The notes beneath the pieces were generated by a model. It was not told the DNA's origin. It was given only the letters and a program-made list of their open reading frames with translations, and did no database searches. The position numbers and the translations under genes are program-made. Source: Rebecca billardiae RCC1528 (lineage: Eukaryota; Protista; Haptophyta). Taken from it: DNA of 64,000 nucleotides. The stretch spans positions 124,001-188,000 of the forward strand of contig OZ251246.1 of NCBI GenBank assembly GCA_965240325.2, read 5' to 3'. Every line of letters starts with the position of its first letter. The first letter of the stretch is position 1. Below, one piece after another: positions 12,189 to 23,339 of this stretch.

Positions 12189-12802
12189 TGAGCAGTCTTG
12201 GCTCGATCTAATGAATATCATCGTCGTAAGTTTCATACTACTTAAATACTTATTATATATATAATTATTTCCGGCCTAGCAGCCTGCCCACTTGACCGTC
12301 ACAGCACCGCCGACGATTCCGCGATTCGTCGCCACGCCTGTCGCGGCGGTTGAATTGTCGCGTATACTGCTTTGTAGCCGAATTCGCTCCGACCGACCGA
12401 CGGAGTCCGGTCGTCCGGTCGTCAGTTCGTCACGACGTCACTAGCTGGCGCCGGTCGTCGCTGTCACAGACGACGGATGCGATCCATGATGACTGCTACG
12501 CACGCGTGCCTCAGCGCAGCCGACGTAGTGTGCCAGCTGGCGGTCCCAGCGCGCGCGCGCGCGCGATGCCACCCCGCGCCCGGGCGGCCCGCGGCGAGTC
12601 GGCGACGCAACGCGCGGACGCGCCGCGCGCCGCCGGCTGTCCGCTGTGTCAGTGTGTGAGTGTGTCTGCGTGCACGAGTCGAGCGCACGCGCCCTCGCGC
12701 ATGCGCGCCGGCCGGCAATGCAGCGCGTGTCGCCGAAGCGACGTGGCGCGCGGTCTCGGATGGCGGGGGTGGGGAGCGGCGTGTGCCGCAACTCCTCGCC
12801 CC

Positions 12803-12874
12803 GCCCGAGCGTGTCAGCGGCTGCCCCGCCACCGTGCGGTGGCGTTGCGGGCAGCCGCGTCATGAGCCCCGAGC
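12803..12874 (-). promoter_or_regulatory. SECIS element (eukaryotic type II) in the 3' UTR of the ArsS-like gene
   Basis: Minus strand reads GCUCGGG gcuc AUGAC GCGGCUGCCC GCAA CGCCACC GCAC GGUGGCG GGGCAGCCGC UGAC acg CUCGGGC. This gives helix I, a UGAC/UGAC non-Watson-Crick core, a perfect 10-bp helix II, an unpaired AA and an apical minihelix, about 100 nt after the TAG stop. Confidence 0.9.
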
Positions 12875-12974
12875 CGCTTGCGCCGCTCGCGCCGCTTGCG
12901 CCGCCCCCGCCGCGCTCCCTCCCCGCCTCGGCCCCGGCCCGGCGCGCTGCTGCGGCAGCAGCAGCGCGGCGCGC

Positions 12975-14275
12975 CTAGGCCAGCTCGCCCTGTCAGCTCG
13001 AGCCCGCCCCCGCCGTGCAGCCCCAGCAGTGCTTCGCCAGCTGGATGCGCTCCCCCGCCAGCTCTGCAAACGAGGAGCGCAGCGCGTGCACGGACGCCTT
13101 GGCGGGGTGCGCGCGCGCCAGCTCGAGGGCGTAGTGGAAGTCGCACTCGTGGATCGAGCCTGCGCGGGGGGGGGGGAGGGGGGCGCGCGCGGGGCGGCGC
13201 CGACGTCGGCGTCGCGCGCGCGCGCGCTTGCGCGTGCGCGTGCGCGTGGCAGGCGGCGCGCGCGCGCGCGTGTCGCACCGTCGTGCGCCACGTGCACCAT
13301 CGAGCGGCACATCACGCCCTCCACGGTGTGCGCGTTGAAGGAGGCGACGAGCAGCTCCATGTACGCCTGCAGCGCGCCCTGCTCGAGCAGCTCGTCCGCG
13401 AACCGCTTGATCGGCATGTTCGTGATGCAGAACAGCGAGTCGAACTCGATGCCCCAGTCGGCGCGCAGCCGCTGCCGGTACGCCGCCTCGAGCTCGGCCT
13501 GCGCGGGCGGCAGGAAGGGCCCCGCCGGGTTGTACACGAGGTCGAGCCGGAGGGCGCGGCCGCCGGAGCGGCCGTAGCCGAGGGCGTTGAGCTCCTGCAG
13601 CGCGGCGATCGAGTCGAGGAACACGCCCGAGCCGCGCTGCTTCTCCACGTTCGCCGACGAGTAGCACGGCAGCGACGCGACCACGTCCACGCCGTGCTGC
13701 GCGAGGAAGGCGGCGGTGCCGTCCATGCCGCGCTGCCGCAGGATCGAGAGGTTGCACCGGTCGATCACGCGGAGGCCGAGGGCGCGCGCGCCGCGGACGA
13801 GGGTGCCGAACGCCGCGTGCATCTCCGGCGCGCCGCCCGTGATGTCCACCGTCTTGATCGACGGCGAGTTGGCGAGCAGCTCGAGCACGCGCGCCGCGAC
13901 CTCTGCCGACATCGTCTCCGCGCGCGAGGGCGACGACTCGACGTGGCAGTGCGAGCAGGCGAGGTTGCACGTGAGGCCGATGTTGACCTGCAGCAGCTCG
14001 GGCATGCCGCGCGTCGGCGCCGCGATCCCGCGCTCCGCCAGCGTCGCCGCCAGAGACGGCACCTCGACCGAGTCGAGCGAGCGCTTGGGCGCGCGCTTGG
14101 CGGTCAGCCGCTGCCACGTCTGCGTCGCCTTCGCCGCGCGCGCGGCGGCGCCGGGCGCGGGCTGCGGCGTGGGCGCGGCGCGCGCCGTCGAGAGCAGCCG
14201 CGCGCGCGGCGGCGCGGCGAGGAGCAGCAGCGCCGCGCCCCCGCCGCCGCGGCCGAGCACGCGAGCGCGGCGCAT
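12975..14275 (-). CDS. arsS: ArsS-family (arsenosugar biosynthesis / DUF3641 Cys-rich) radical SAM selenoprotein; exons 14275-13279 and 13159-12975; Sec at UGA 12995-12993
   Basis: LQVNIGLTCNLACSHCHVESSP (CxxxCxxC), DITGGAPEM, IDRCNL, VVASLPCY, KQRGSGVF, LVYNP, TNMPIKRF and VMCRS. A GT-AG intron at 13278-13160 joins HDG|SIHECDF. The C-terminus is HCWGCTAGAGSS(UGA)QGELA-TAG, where homologues have GSSC/U. The N-terminus is Arg/Ala-rich and presequence-like. Confidence 0.9.
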
Positions 14276-14446
14276 CGCTTGCGGCGGCGCGCGTGGATCG
14301 ACGCCCGCGATGGATGCCGCACCCGCAGCCGAAAGCCTTGAGGAGCAGTCGGGACTCGGGACTCGGGAGCGTCTCTCCCGGACTTCCTCGCACCGTCTTG
14401 CACGCGGTGACAGCCTCAGTGGTCCTGACGACGACGAACCGTGAGA

Positions 14447-15418
14447 ATGCACGGCACGCCGGTGTGTGTCAACGGTCTTCGGGGACGAGACGAGGCGGAC
14501 GACGACGACCAGTACGCGCCGGGCCCTGCGGCCGTGATGAAGCGCGTCGCCGACGCTGCGTGCGCCATCGGCATGCAGGTGCTCGTGGACGAGGCGCCGC
14601 TCGTCGAGTACGCGCACGCGCCGAGCGGGCGCGTCTACGTCGAGAGCAGCCTCGACGCGCGCTCCTCGTACGTTCGCACCTCGCGCGAGCTCAACCCGTG
14701 GGGCGAGGAGGAGGTGCGCGAGCTGCCGGTCACGCCGTACAAGGTGAAGGTGAGCAGCGCGGTGGACGAGCCAGTGTGGCTCGAGGTCGCGATCGACGGC
14801 ACGCGCATCCACTACGCCTATCTCGGCCCGCGCGCCCAGCGCGTCGTGCCCAACATGATCGTGGGCGGCGTGTGCCGCGAGCTGCTCTTCTCGATGCCGC
14901 GGTACCGCGCGGCGGGCGAGGCGGCGGACGGCGCGGGCGCGGGCGGCGTGGGCACGATCACGGCGCGCTTCTACCGCACGCGCAAGACCGGCGCGGACTT
15001 CTCGGGCGCGCACGTGCACGACGCGTCCGGCTTCACGCAGGCGCACAAGGACGCCGCGTTTGCCGCGGCCAAGCGCGACGGCGGCGGCGGCGCGGTGAGC
15101 ACGACCGCGACTGGCCGCGTGCTCGGGCGTGCGCCGCAGCAGGCGGCGGCGTGGCGCGACCACTACACCATCGACTCCGTGCCGTTCGCCGAGCGCACGC
15201 TGCACTACCGCGAGCACTCGACGCTCGAGCAGCTCGGCGTGCTCCCGAGCGAGACGGCCGCGACCGCCTGCCGCGAGCTCCAGCCCACTGCCGGCGCGGG
15301 CGGCGACTCGCGCTCGGCGGTGAAGCGCGAGCGGCTGGAGGGCGTCGGTGGGAGCCGCCGCAAGGTGAGCAAGGCCAGCACGCAGCCGCCGGTCGTGATC
15401 GACCTGTGTGACGACTGA
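14447..15418 (+). CDS. Hypothetical protein with C-terminal SUMO-interacting-like motif (VVIDLCDD); resembles a beta-rich family seen in fungi (DUF7918-like, tentative)
   Basis: Intronless ORF with strong GC3 bias. Motifs VLVDEAPLVEY...YVES, VAIDG, GTITARFYR and LHYREHSTLEQLGVLP. Alternative start at 14537. Confidence 0.7.
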   Translation: MHGTPVCVNGLRGRDEADDDDQYAPGPAAVMKRVADAACAIGMQVLVDEAPLVEYAHAPSGRVYVESSLDARSSYVRTSRELNPWGEEEVRELPVTPYKVKVSSAVDEPVWLEVAIDGTRIHYAYLGPRAQRVVPNMIVGGVCRELLFSMPRYRAAGEAADGAGAGGVGTITARFYRTRKTGADFSGAHVHDASGFTQAHKDAAFAAAKRDGGGGAVSTTATGRVLGRAPQQAAAWRDHYTIDSVPFAERTLHYREHSTLEQLGVLPSETAATACRELQPTAGAGGDSRSAVKRERLEGVGGSRRKVSKASTQPPVVIDLCDD

Positions 15419-15884
15419 GGGCGCAGCTCGTGGCGCCGGCGTGCGTGGGCGGCGTGTCAGTGTGTCGTCTGACTCTGTGTCGAAGCGACGAGGCGGTGCC
15501 TCGGCATCGGCCTCGCGGCGCAGTGCGTCTCAGTACCGTGCTGGCGCAGCGTCGGCGTCGGCGCGAGCACATCATTGGGTGGCAGCACCTCAGTACAGCG
15601 CATCCATCGGGTTCTCCTCGTGGACGGTCCAACCTACAATAACGACTCCGACGATGATTGGACTATACGGTCACCGGTCGTTGTCAGACGTCCGACGGAT
15701 TTCCATTACGGAAATCATGTGCGCACGCGGCCGATTTTCGATCAACGCGGTTTTTTCGTTGAGCAATCGCTAGAGCTCAACGCTTTTTTCGGCCAATCAG
15801 GAAAAATACTGTGGCCGTGCGGGTGCGTGCGTCCCGTCGTCGTCGGGCCTGCAGCCGTCGTCTCATCAAGCCGTCGCCCCCGCC

Positions 15885-16690
15885 ATGCTGCTCCGCGTCG
15901 CCCGGCGAGCGCTGTCGACGTCGCTCACGCCGCCGGTGCCGCGTCAGCGCGCGGCGGTGCGCGTGCCCGCGACCAGCGCCAACATGGGCCCGGGGTACGA
16001 CTGCCTCGGCATCGCCCTCGGCGAGTACAACACGCTGATCGTCGAGCACAGCGACGCGTTCGAGCTGAGCATCGAGGGCGAGGGCGAGGAGGGGCTGCCG
16101 CGCGACAAGAGCAACTACTACTACCGCGCGTTCGAGATCGGGTACAAGGCGTCCGCGCCCGCCGGCGCCGCCGTGCCCGACGTCGCCATGCACTGCGTGA
16201 ACGCCATCCCGCCCGCGCGCGGCATGGGCTCCTCCTCCGCCTGCCTGGTCGCCGGCATCTCCGCCGGCTTCGCGCTCAACGGGTACGACGTGAGCGACGG
16301 CGCGACGCGGATGCGCGTGTACCAGCTGTGCGCGGAGCAGGAGGGACACCCGGACAACGTCGCGCCCGCCGTGTACGGCGGCCTGCAGCTCTCCTTCCGC
16401 CCGGGCCCCGCCCTCCCCTGGCTGGCGCAGCGTGTGCCCGTGCTCGGCGACGTCTCCGCGGTGCTCTTCATCCCGGACTTCGAGCTGCCGACGAAGGAGG
16501 CGCGCGCGCTGCTGGCCGACGAGATCCCGAGGTGCGCCGCGGGGCGGGGCGGGGCGGGGGGGGGGGGGGGGCGGCGGCGGCGCGTGCGCGCTTGCTCCGC
16601 CCGCGCGCTCGCGCGCTCACGCGCGCTCGCCCCTGCCATCCGTGCGCCTTTGCTGCGGTTGCTGCGCCTGCTGCCGCGCCTGCTGCCGCG

Positions 16691-16740
<50 letters not shown>

Positions 16741-17179
16741 GCGCAGGACGGACGCCGTCTTCAACATCAGCCGCGCGGCGATGCTCGTGCACGCGTTCGG
16801 CCAGGGCAGGCTCGAGCTGCTGCGCTACGGCGCGGAGGACGCTCTGCACCAGCCGCAGCGCGGCACGCTCTTCCCGCTGCTGCCGCTCATCAAGGGCGCG
16901 CTGCAGGGCGGCGCGCACGGCGCGTGGCTCAGCGGCGCGGGGCCGACGGTGTGCGCGGTGGTGGGCGGGCAGGGCGAGGGGCACGGCGCGGACGCGGTCA
17001 GCCGGTACGCCGCCGAGGAGGTCGCGGAGTCCATGCGCGCCGTCGCCGCCGCCGAGGGCGTCCCCGGGCGCGTGGTGATCACGCCGATCGTCGAGGACGG
17101 CGTCTGCCTCGCCGAGGACGACGACGACGACCTCGAGAGCGAGCTGCACGGCATGTACGACACGCCGCCGCGCAAGTGA
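15885..17179 (+). CDS. thrB: Homoserine kinase (GHMP family); exons 15885-16531 and 16747-17179
   Basis: VRVPATSANMGPGYDCLGIAL, IPPARGMGSSSA, EGHPDNVAPAVYGG, EDALHQPQR and LSGAGPTV. A GT-AG intron at 16532-16746 gives EIPR|TDAVFNISR. The leader MLLRVARRALSTS looks mitochondrial. Confidence 0.93.
16693..16739. repeat. (CTG)n microsatellite inside the thrB intron
   Basis: Pure ctg run just before the acceptor AG. Confidence 0.85.
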
Positions 17180-17858
17180 GCCGCGAGCGAGCGGGGCGTG
17201 CGTGGGCGCGCGGCGCGGCGCGTCTTGGCCGACGCCGCCCTCCGCTGCCCGCCCGCCCGCCGCCCCACCCCGGGGTACGGCCAGCAGTGGCGAGCCGCGT
17301 GCAGCGCAGGTGGCCGGGACTCTGATGCCATCAGGGCGTGGAAGCCACGGCCCACCCCTCAGCCAGGCCGCAGGCGCCAAGCGGCGCGGAGGCTCCCGCA
17401 CGCCCCCCAAACCACTGTGGCGGAGCGTCGGCTGAACGAACGCAGCAGCAGGACGGGCGGACGGCCCGCGGATGTGACCAGTGATGATGCTGGCAGCGCA
17501 GCCGTCGACCGGCGCGCGCGGCGTCGGCGGCGCGGTCTGGCGGCGTAACACACCACGCAGACGCGACGGCGGCATCGCCATCACTACGACGCCAGCGCGG
17601 GCAGGTCCTATGATGATGGCTATATATATATATGATGTATATAACTTACTACCGAGGCGGAGGTCCCGAGCCGGGCAGTGACGCCGGCAGACGCCGCGCA
17701 CGGTCTAGCACATTATTACGGCGCGTAACGCGCATCATATTAATCATATACGACAGCGCGGCACCGCCGGGATTAATTAGCTACGACGGCTGCTGCTACT
17801 GTAGTTTAGATGTGATCAGACGAATGGACGATATCATCAGTATTAGCAGTAATAGAGA

Positions 17859-19171
17859 CTAGAGAGGGGTCATTAGAGCCCCACTGGGGGGTGCTGCGTG
17901 GCCCAAAATCCAACTTCCTGTCGTCTGCTTGAGATGAGGCTCTCAAACTTTTACGGGATGTCAATATTCATTCGCCTGAAATGACCTGGGGTCACGCTGA
18001 TAAGTTTTAATTTGCGAAAAAATGTCACATAGTACATACTGGAGATATACGACTTCAATCTCGACGCGATCTCGGCAACATGAGTAGGGGAGATACACGA
18101 TCTCCAAGGTGATCTCGCTATTTGCACCAGAATCGCACCGACTAGATCACATTTTGGCAGTCTGAAATTGGCACAGGCGGATGACCCGTTGCACGGGTGA
18201 GTGACCGTAGGGCGGTGAAAATGCGACGTACCGGTGAAAATACGGTTTTGCAACTAGCTAGCGCTGGGCGATGGCTGCCGGGCGCGACGAGCCGAGCGGA
18301 TTGGTGCACGGGGAATCCAATTCCCCGTGCACCAATCCAATCCGTTCGTCGCCAGGTGCTGCCGTTGCCGAGATCGAGCTGCAAAACCCTCAGCAGGTGG
18401 TCAAGAGAAGGAAACGGGGAGGGCTGTCGCAGCGCGCGCGCCGCGGTGGGAAGAGAGAAGGGCTTGCCTCCCAACTGCAGCTTTGGCAGCGTTCCCTCTT
18501 GCGGCAGTGGAAGCCGACGACGAGGAGGATGACGACGCAGCTGCTGATGACTGCTGCGAAGCAGCAGCGGTGACACTCTGCGGTGCACAGCTGCCACCGC
18601 GCGCGCCGCGCGCGACTCGGTCTCGGACTCGGGTGATGGCGACAGCAGCACAGCAGTCCTCATGAAGACGATGAAGCTGCGTGCACGGGTGCACGAGGTG
18701 GCAGGCGAAAGCGCGCCGACGAGACAGCACTTGACACGCCTGAGCGCACGCCCATGCTCGCCGAGCGCGAGCGCTGCAAGTGCAACTACAGTGCGCGCCG
18801 AGGCTGTACTCGGCGGCACTGCGTCCGCGGTCATCGTCTCTTCACTTGTCGAGGCTGCTGCTGCGGCGGGCCGGGGGCACTACCCGGCACGCGCGGCGTA
18901 GCGCGCTAGACGGAAGGTGATGGTAGACGCACTGTCACGCTCCCGCCGCCGCCGCCGCCGCCTGCAAGACTATCGTCACTCTAGGCCGCGCCGAAGTGTC
19001 GTTTTTTCGGCGCTCACGCTTGCAACGGGTCGGATTGTACACCCTGGAATTAAGCCTTAACGCCTACTAACTAGTTCGTCCAAGTAAATACCCGTGTGAT
19101 AGTTCATGCTAAGAGATTTCGGGAGATTGTGGCACCCGAGAGTGTAACGGTCGGAGCTCTGACCCCACTAG
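17859..19171. mobile_element. Possible degenerate non-autonomous TIR element
   Basis: Left end CTAG-AGA-GGGGTCA(TTA)GAGCCCC versus reverse complement of the right end CTAG-T-GGGGTCA-GAGCTCC. Lower GC than the genes; contains broken ORF fragments. Confidence 0.35.
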
Positions 19172-19855
19172 ATATCATAATGACGACGACGACGGCGCGC
19201 GATGATATTATATATATATTATAGATGACGATGACGATATAATTATTATATAATATATATATAGATCGAGCCAGAGAGAGAGTCTCAGACTCCGAGACAG
19301 AGCCGCGAGATGAGTGAGAGAGAGCAGACGCCGGCGCCGGCGGGGGCGCCCCGCAGCCGCGACGACGCCATCCGATCGATATGACTCGGATCGAGTCGCG
19401 CGAATTATATCTCGGCGATAGATAGATCGCGATATATATATATATCAATTATCTAATAATAATCATCCTCGAATGCTGGCAGGCGGCAGCACGATGCGGG
19501 CCGGTGCCCATGGCCATTATATATATATATATATCGTCGTCGCGATCGGACTACGAAGTATGGCGCGGAAGTATCGGCGCTACTCGGCGACCCGGGACTC
19601 GTGCGCGACCAGCAGCACGGGCGCAGCATGCAGTACCCGCTCGGCGCGAGTGAACGACGCTTTGCTGCGGCACGGCGCGATCCGTCCACGCGCGGGCCGT
19701 CCAGCGTCCACGCGGGCGGTGCCACCAATCACTGAATCACACCGATGCCCGCACGCGCACGCGCCGCTCGGTCCGCGCCGCGCGTGCCCGGGCGGTGTGG
19801 TGCACATGCGCTGCGCGGCACCGGTCGGCGGCTGCGGGTGCCGAGGCGCGGCCGC

Positions 19856-20737
19856 TCAGCCGAGCGGCGTCACGCGCGACGCCCCCGCCGGCGGCGGCGC
19901 GCACGGCCCGGCGAAGCCGTTCGCCGTGATCCCGCCGTCGACGGTGAGCGTCTGCCCCGTGACGTACGACGCGGCGGGCAGCAGCATGAAGGCGATGGCG
20001 CACGCGATCTCCTCGGGCGTGGCGATGCGGCCGAGGGGGGTGCGCGCGGCGACGGCGTCGAGCTGGGTCGGGTCCTTCGCGACTGCCTCGGCCAGCAGCG
20101 GCGTCATCGTCATCCACGGCGCGACGCAGTTCACGCGGATGCCGAGCGGGCCCCACTCGCACGCGAGCGAGCGCGTCAGCTGCACCATCGCCGCCTTGCT
20201 CATCGCGTACGGCGCGCCCGTGCCGGAGGAGGTGACGCCGGCGACGGACGCGACGTTGACGACGCACGGCGAGCGCCCCTTCTCGAGCAGCGGCTGGAAC
20301 GCCTGGCACAGGAAGAAGCACGACGCGCAGTTGGTGCTCAGCATGCTCTCGTACTCGGCGGCGGAGACGTCGCCGATCTTCTTGCGGATGTTCGTGCCGA
20401 CGTTGTTGACGAGCGCGTCGGCGGCGCCGGCCCAGAGCTCGGTGGCGCGTGCGACGAGCGAGGCGCGCCCCGCCTCCGTCGCCACGTCGCACGCGTGCGT
20501 CGCCACGGCCGACTCGGCGGCGCCGAGCTCGCGCAGCAGCTGCTCGCGAACGCGCGCGAGGTCGTCGGCCGAGCGGCTGACGAGCAGCACGCACTCGCAG
20601 CCGAGGTTGAGCGCCTCGCGCGCGGCGTGCAGGCCGATCCCCTTCGTCGAGCCCGTCACCACCAGCCGCTTGCCCTCGAGCCGCCAGTGCTGCCCCATCT
20701 TCCAGCGCAGCTCGGGCACCGCCGACGCGGCCGCCAT
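19856..20737 (-). CDS. Short-chain dehydrogenase/reductase, tropinone reductase-like
   Basis: WRLEGKRLVVTGSTKGIG, LVNNVGTNIRK, catalytic S...YAMSK, LACEWGPLGIRVNCVAPW, RTPLGRIATPEE and ASYVTGQTLTVDGG. ATG at 20737. Confidence 0.93.
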   Translation of the reverse strand: MAAASAVPELRWKMGQHWRLEGKRLVVTGSTKGIGLHAAREALNLGCECVLLVSRSADDLARVREQLLRELGAAESAVATHACDVATEAGRASLVARATELWAGAADALVNNVGTNIRKKIGDVSAAEYESMLSTNCASCFFLCQAFQPLLEKGRSPCVVNVASVAGVTSSGTGAPYAMSKAAMVQLTRSLACEWGPLGIRVNCVAPWMTMTPLLAEAVAKDPTQLDAVAARTPLGRIATPEEIACAIAFMLLPAASYVTGQTLTVDGGITANGFAGPCAPPPAGASRVTPLG

Positions 20738-20965
20738 GACTGTCGACGGGGTGGGCGCGAGCAAATTGAAAATGTGATGCTGAAAAAGGAAGTCCGGCCG
20801 CTCATCATAGAATGAGTACTCATCTTCGTCGGACGTTTCATTATCGCCGGCCTAATCACTAATGAGCGACCGCGCTGCTAGACGTACTCAACTCGCCGGA
20901 TCTCGTCGTCCATCCAAGCCGGCGATGAATCTGCGCCCCCGGCTTGAGGCTGCGCAATTCCCGCG

Positions 20966-22549
20966 ATGCTCGTCAGCGCGCTCCTCCTCGGCGCCGTCGG
21001 CTTCGCCGCGCCGGGCGCGCGGCCCGCGGGCGGCGCGGCGTCGGCCGTGCGCATGGCGGCGACGCCCTCCGGCTCGAACGGCGCGCACCTCAGCGCGGCG
21101 CAGAAGGCCGAGCTCGCCGAGATTGCGCAGCTGGTCGCGCGGCCGGGCAAGGGCATCACCGCATGCGACGAGGGGCCCGCGACGATCGGCGCGCGCTTCG
21201 AGGCGGTGGGCGTGGAGAACAGCGAGGAGACGCGGCGGGCGTACCGTCAGATGCTCTTCGAGACCGAGGGCGCCAACGACTACCTCGCCGCCGCCATCCT
21301 CGACCCCGAGACGCTGTACCAGTCGTCGTCCACGTCGGGCGACAAGTTCCCCAAGGTCCTTGCCGACCGCGGCATCGTGCCCGGCGTGAAGCCGCACCTC
21401 AAGGTGTACGCGCTGCCCGGCTGCGGCGGCGAGACGGTGATGCAGGGCCTCGACTCGCTCGCCGCGCGCTGCGCCGAGTACCGCGCCGCCGGCGCGCGCT
21501 TCGCCAAGTGGCGCTCGCCGCTCGAGATCCGAGACGGCCAGATCTCGCGCCTCGCGATCGAGACCAACATGCACGACCTGGCGCGGTACGCGCTGATCTG
21601 CCAGGCGGAGGGGCTGATGCCGATCGTCGAGCCGGACATCTCGCTCGTCGGCGACTACGACCTCGAGACCGCCATCCAGGTCAACGTGCAGGTGCAGGCA
21701 GAGCTGTACAAGGTGAGCGCGCGCGCGCACACACAGGGCGCGTGCACACACTCAGCGCACACGTGAGCACACACACACAGAGAGAGAGAGAGAGAGGAGA
21801 CATCGTGAGACACAGAGAGACACAGAGGAGTCTGGAACAAGGGCAGAGGGGAGAGAGGGAGGAAGGGCGGGGCCGCGACTGCGCGCCGCGCACGGCGGCG
21901 CGGCCGCCCGGGCAGCACGCGCACACGCGCCTGGCGTGCGCGCGTGCGTGCGTGCGCGCGTGCGTGCGTGCGCGCGCGCGTGCGTGCGTGCGCGCGTGCG
22001 ACGTAACTCGTCCCCCTCCCCCACTCCTGCTCCCAGGCGATGATCGACCACGGCGTGTACATGGAGGGCTCGACGCTCAAGCCCAACCTGGTCAACCCGG
22101 GCAAGGCGTGCCCCACGCACTTCACGTGCGAGCAGATCGCGCAGGCGAACATCGACGTGCTCACGCGCGTCTTCCCGTGCGCAATGCCGGGCGCCAACTT
22201 CCTCTCTGGCGGGCAGACGCTCGAGAACGCGGCCGCGCGCCTCTCCAAGATCAACCAGCTCAAGGGGAAGGCGCCGTGGAACCTGTCCTTCTCGTGGTCG
22301 CAGGCGCTGCAGCTGCCGATGCTGCAGCTGTGCAAGGGCAAGGGCGAGCTCGTGCTCGACGAGATGTCCAACCTCTACCTCGAGGAGCTCAAGATCGCAG
22401 GCGCCGCCGCGCTCGGCGAGTACACGCCGCCCGAGGCGGGCGCGGGCGACCACGTGCCGCCGCCGCCGCCCGCGGCCAAACACCAGCCGGAGGCGGAGGC
22501 GAAGGAGGCGGCGGCGCCCGCCAAGAAGCCGTGGTGGCAGTTCGCATGA
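20966..22549 (+). CDS. FBA: Fructose-bisphosphate aldolase class I, probably plastid-targeted; exons 20966-21712 and 22037-22549
   Basis: PGKGITACDE, FAKWRS, LARYALICQAEGLMPIVEPDI, Schiff-base Lys in EGSTLKPN, FLSGGQ and PWNLSFSWSQALQ. GT-AG intron at 21713-22036. Signal peptide MLVSALLLGAVG-F followed by an Ala/Arg/Ser transit-like stretch. Confidence 0.93.
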
Positions 22550-23288
22550 GCGCGCGCGCGCAGCATATAGAGACGATATCGTCGTGCACGACTGGCCTTG
22601 CGACGCTCGTCTGAGCAGTCGCGTCATCCCGGCGCGGCGGCGCCCACTGCATCATATCAGCAGCGCAGCATCAGCAGCAGCCTGGCGCGCTGGCGAGTGG
22701 CAGTCCTGGCGCGGCCCCGCGCCGCCGCAGCGGACCCACGGGCGGCTACAGAGTACAGCGCCGCATTTATTATAATTATTATATTATTATTTGATTATAT
22801 ATATATATGCGTAGTGGTGTTATTGGTACAATAACTGAGTAGTGTGTACGAGCTGCATGACGGATGGGCTCGCTGTGAGGCCTCTGCACTCCACTTACAT
22901 GCCGCTGTTTCACGCGTCGCAGCCGCGCGCCCTCGCAGAATTTCAGCGGACTCTTCTAGTCTTCTGCGGGTACGCCGCGGGTGCACGAGAGCAAAGTGCC
23001 CTGCCAGAAGTGCCAGAGCGGCGGACGAACCAGCCATGCTGCTGCCCCCGGGCATTCGGCAAGTCATCGGCGCGAGCACCGCCTCGCTTCTCGAGCAGCG
23101 AGCTGGGAATCGGCAGCGCACAACCTGAGCGCGCCAGGTACCTCTCGCCAGTCGTCCTTCGACCAGTCGACTCGGACAGGATGCCCATCACCATCAACTC
23201 GTCTCAGCAAGTCGTCCCTCTGCTGAGCACGTGCACCACGCAGCAGCGCAGTGCCAGCGAACGATTCCCAGCCACGGCGCTGCGCTTT

Positions 23289-23339
23289 GTATATATATGT
23301 ATATATATATGTATATATATATGTATATATATATATATA
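23289..23339. repeat. (TA)n-rich microsatellite
   Basis: Interrupted tatata array. Confidence 0.9.

Noticed and set aside
12860-15217. 785-aa version of the radical SAM ORF
   Set aside because: The N-terminal part is antisense to the 14447-15418 gene and the C-terminal part is intron read-through.
12975-22549. arsS, thrB, SDR and FBA as a metabolic gene cluster or bacterial contamination
   Set aside because: The functions are unrelated, orientations are mixed, and the genes carry spliceosomal introns and targeting leaders, which indicates ordinary nuclear genes.
22834-23288. GC-richer island between TA-rich tracts with short ORFs
   Set aside because: No motif or terminal structure recognised; it may be a decayed fragment.
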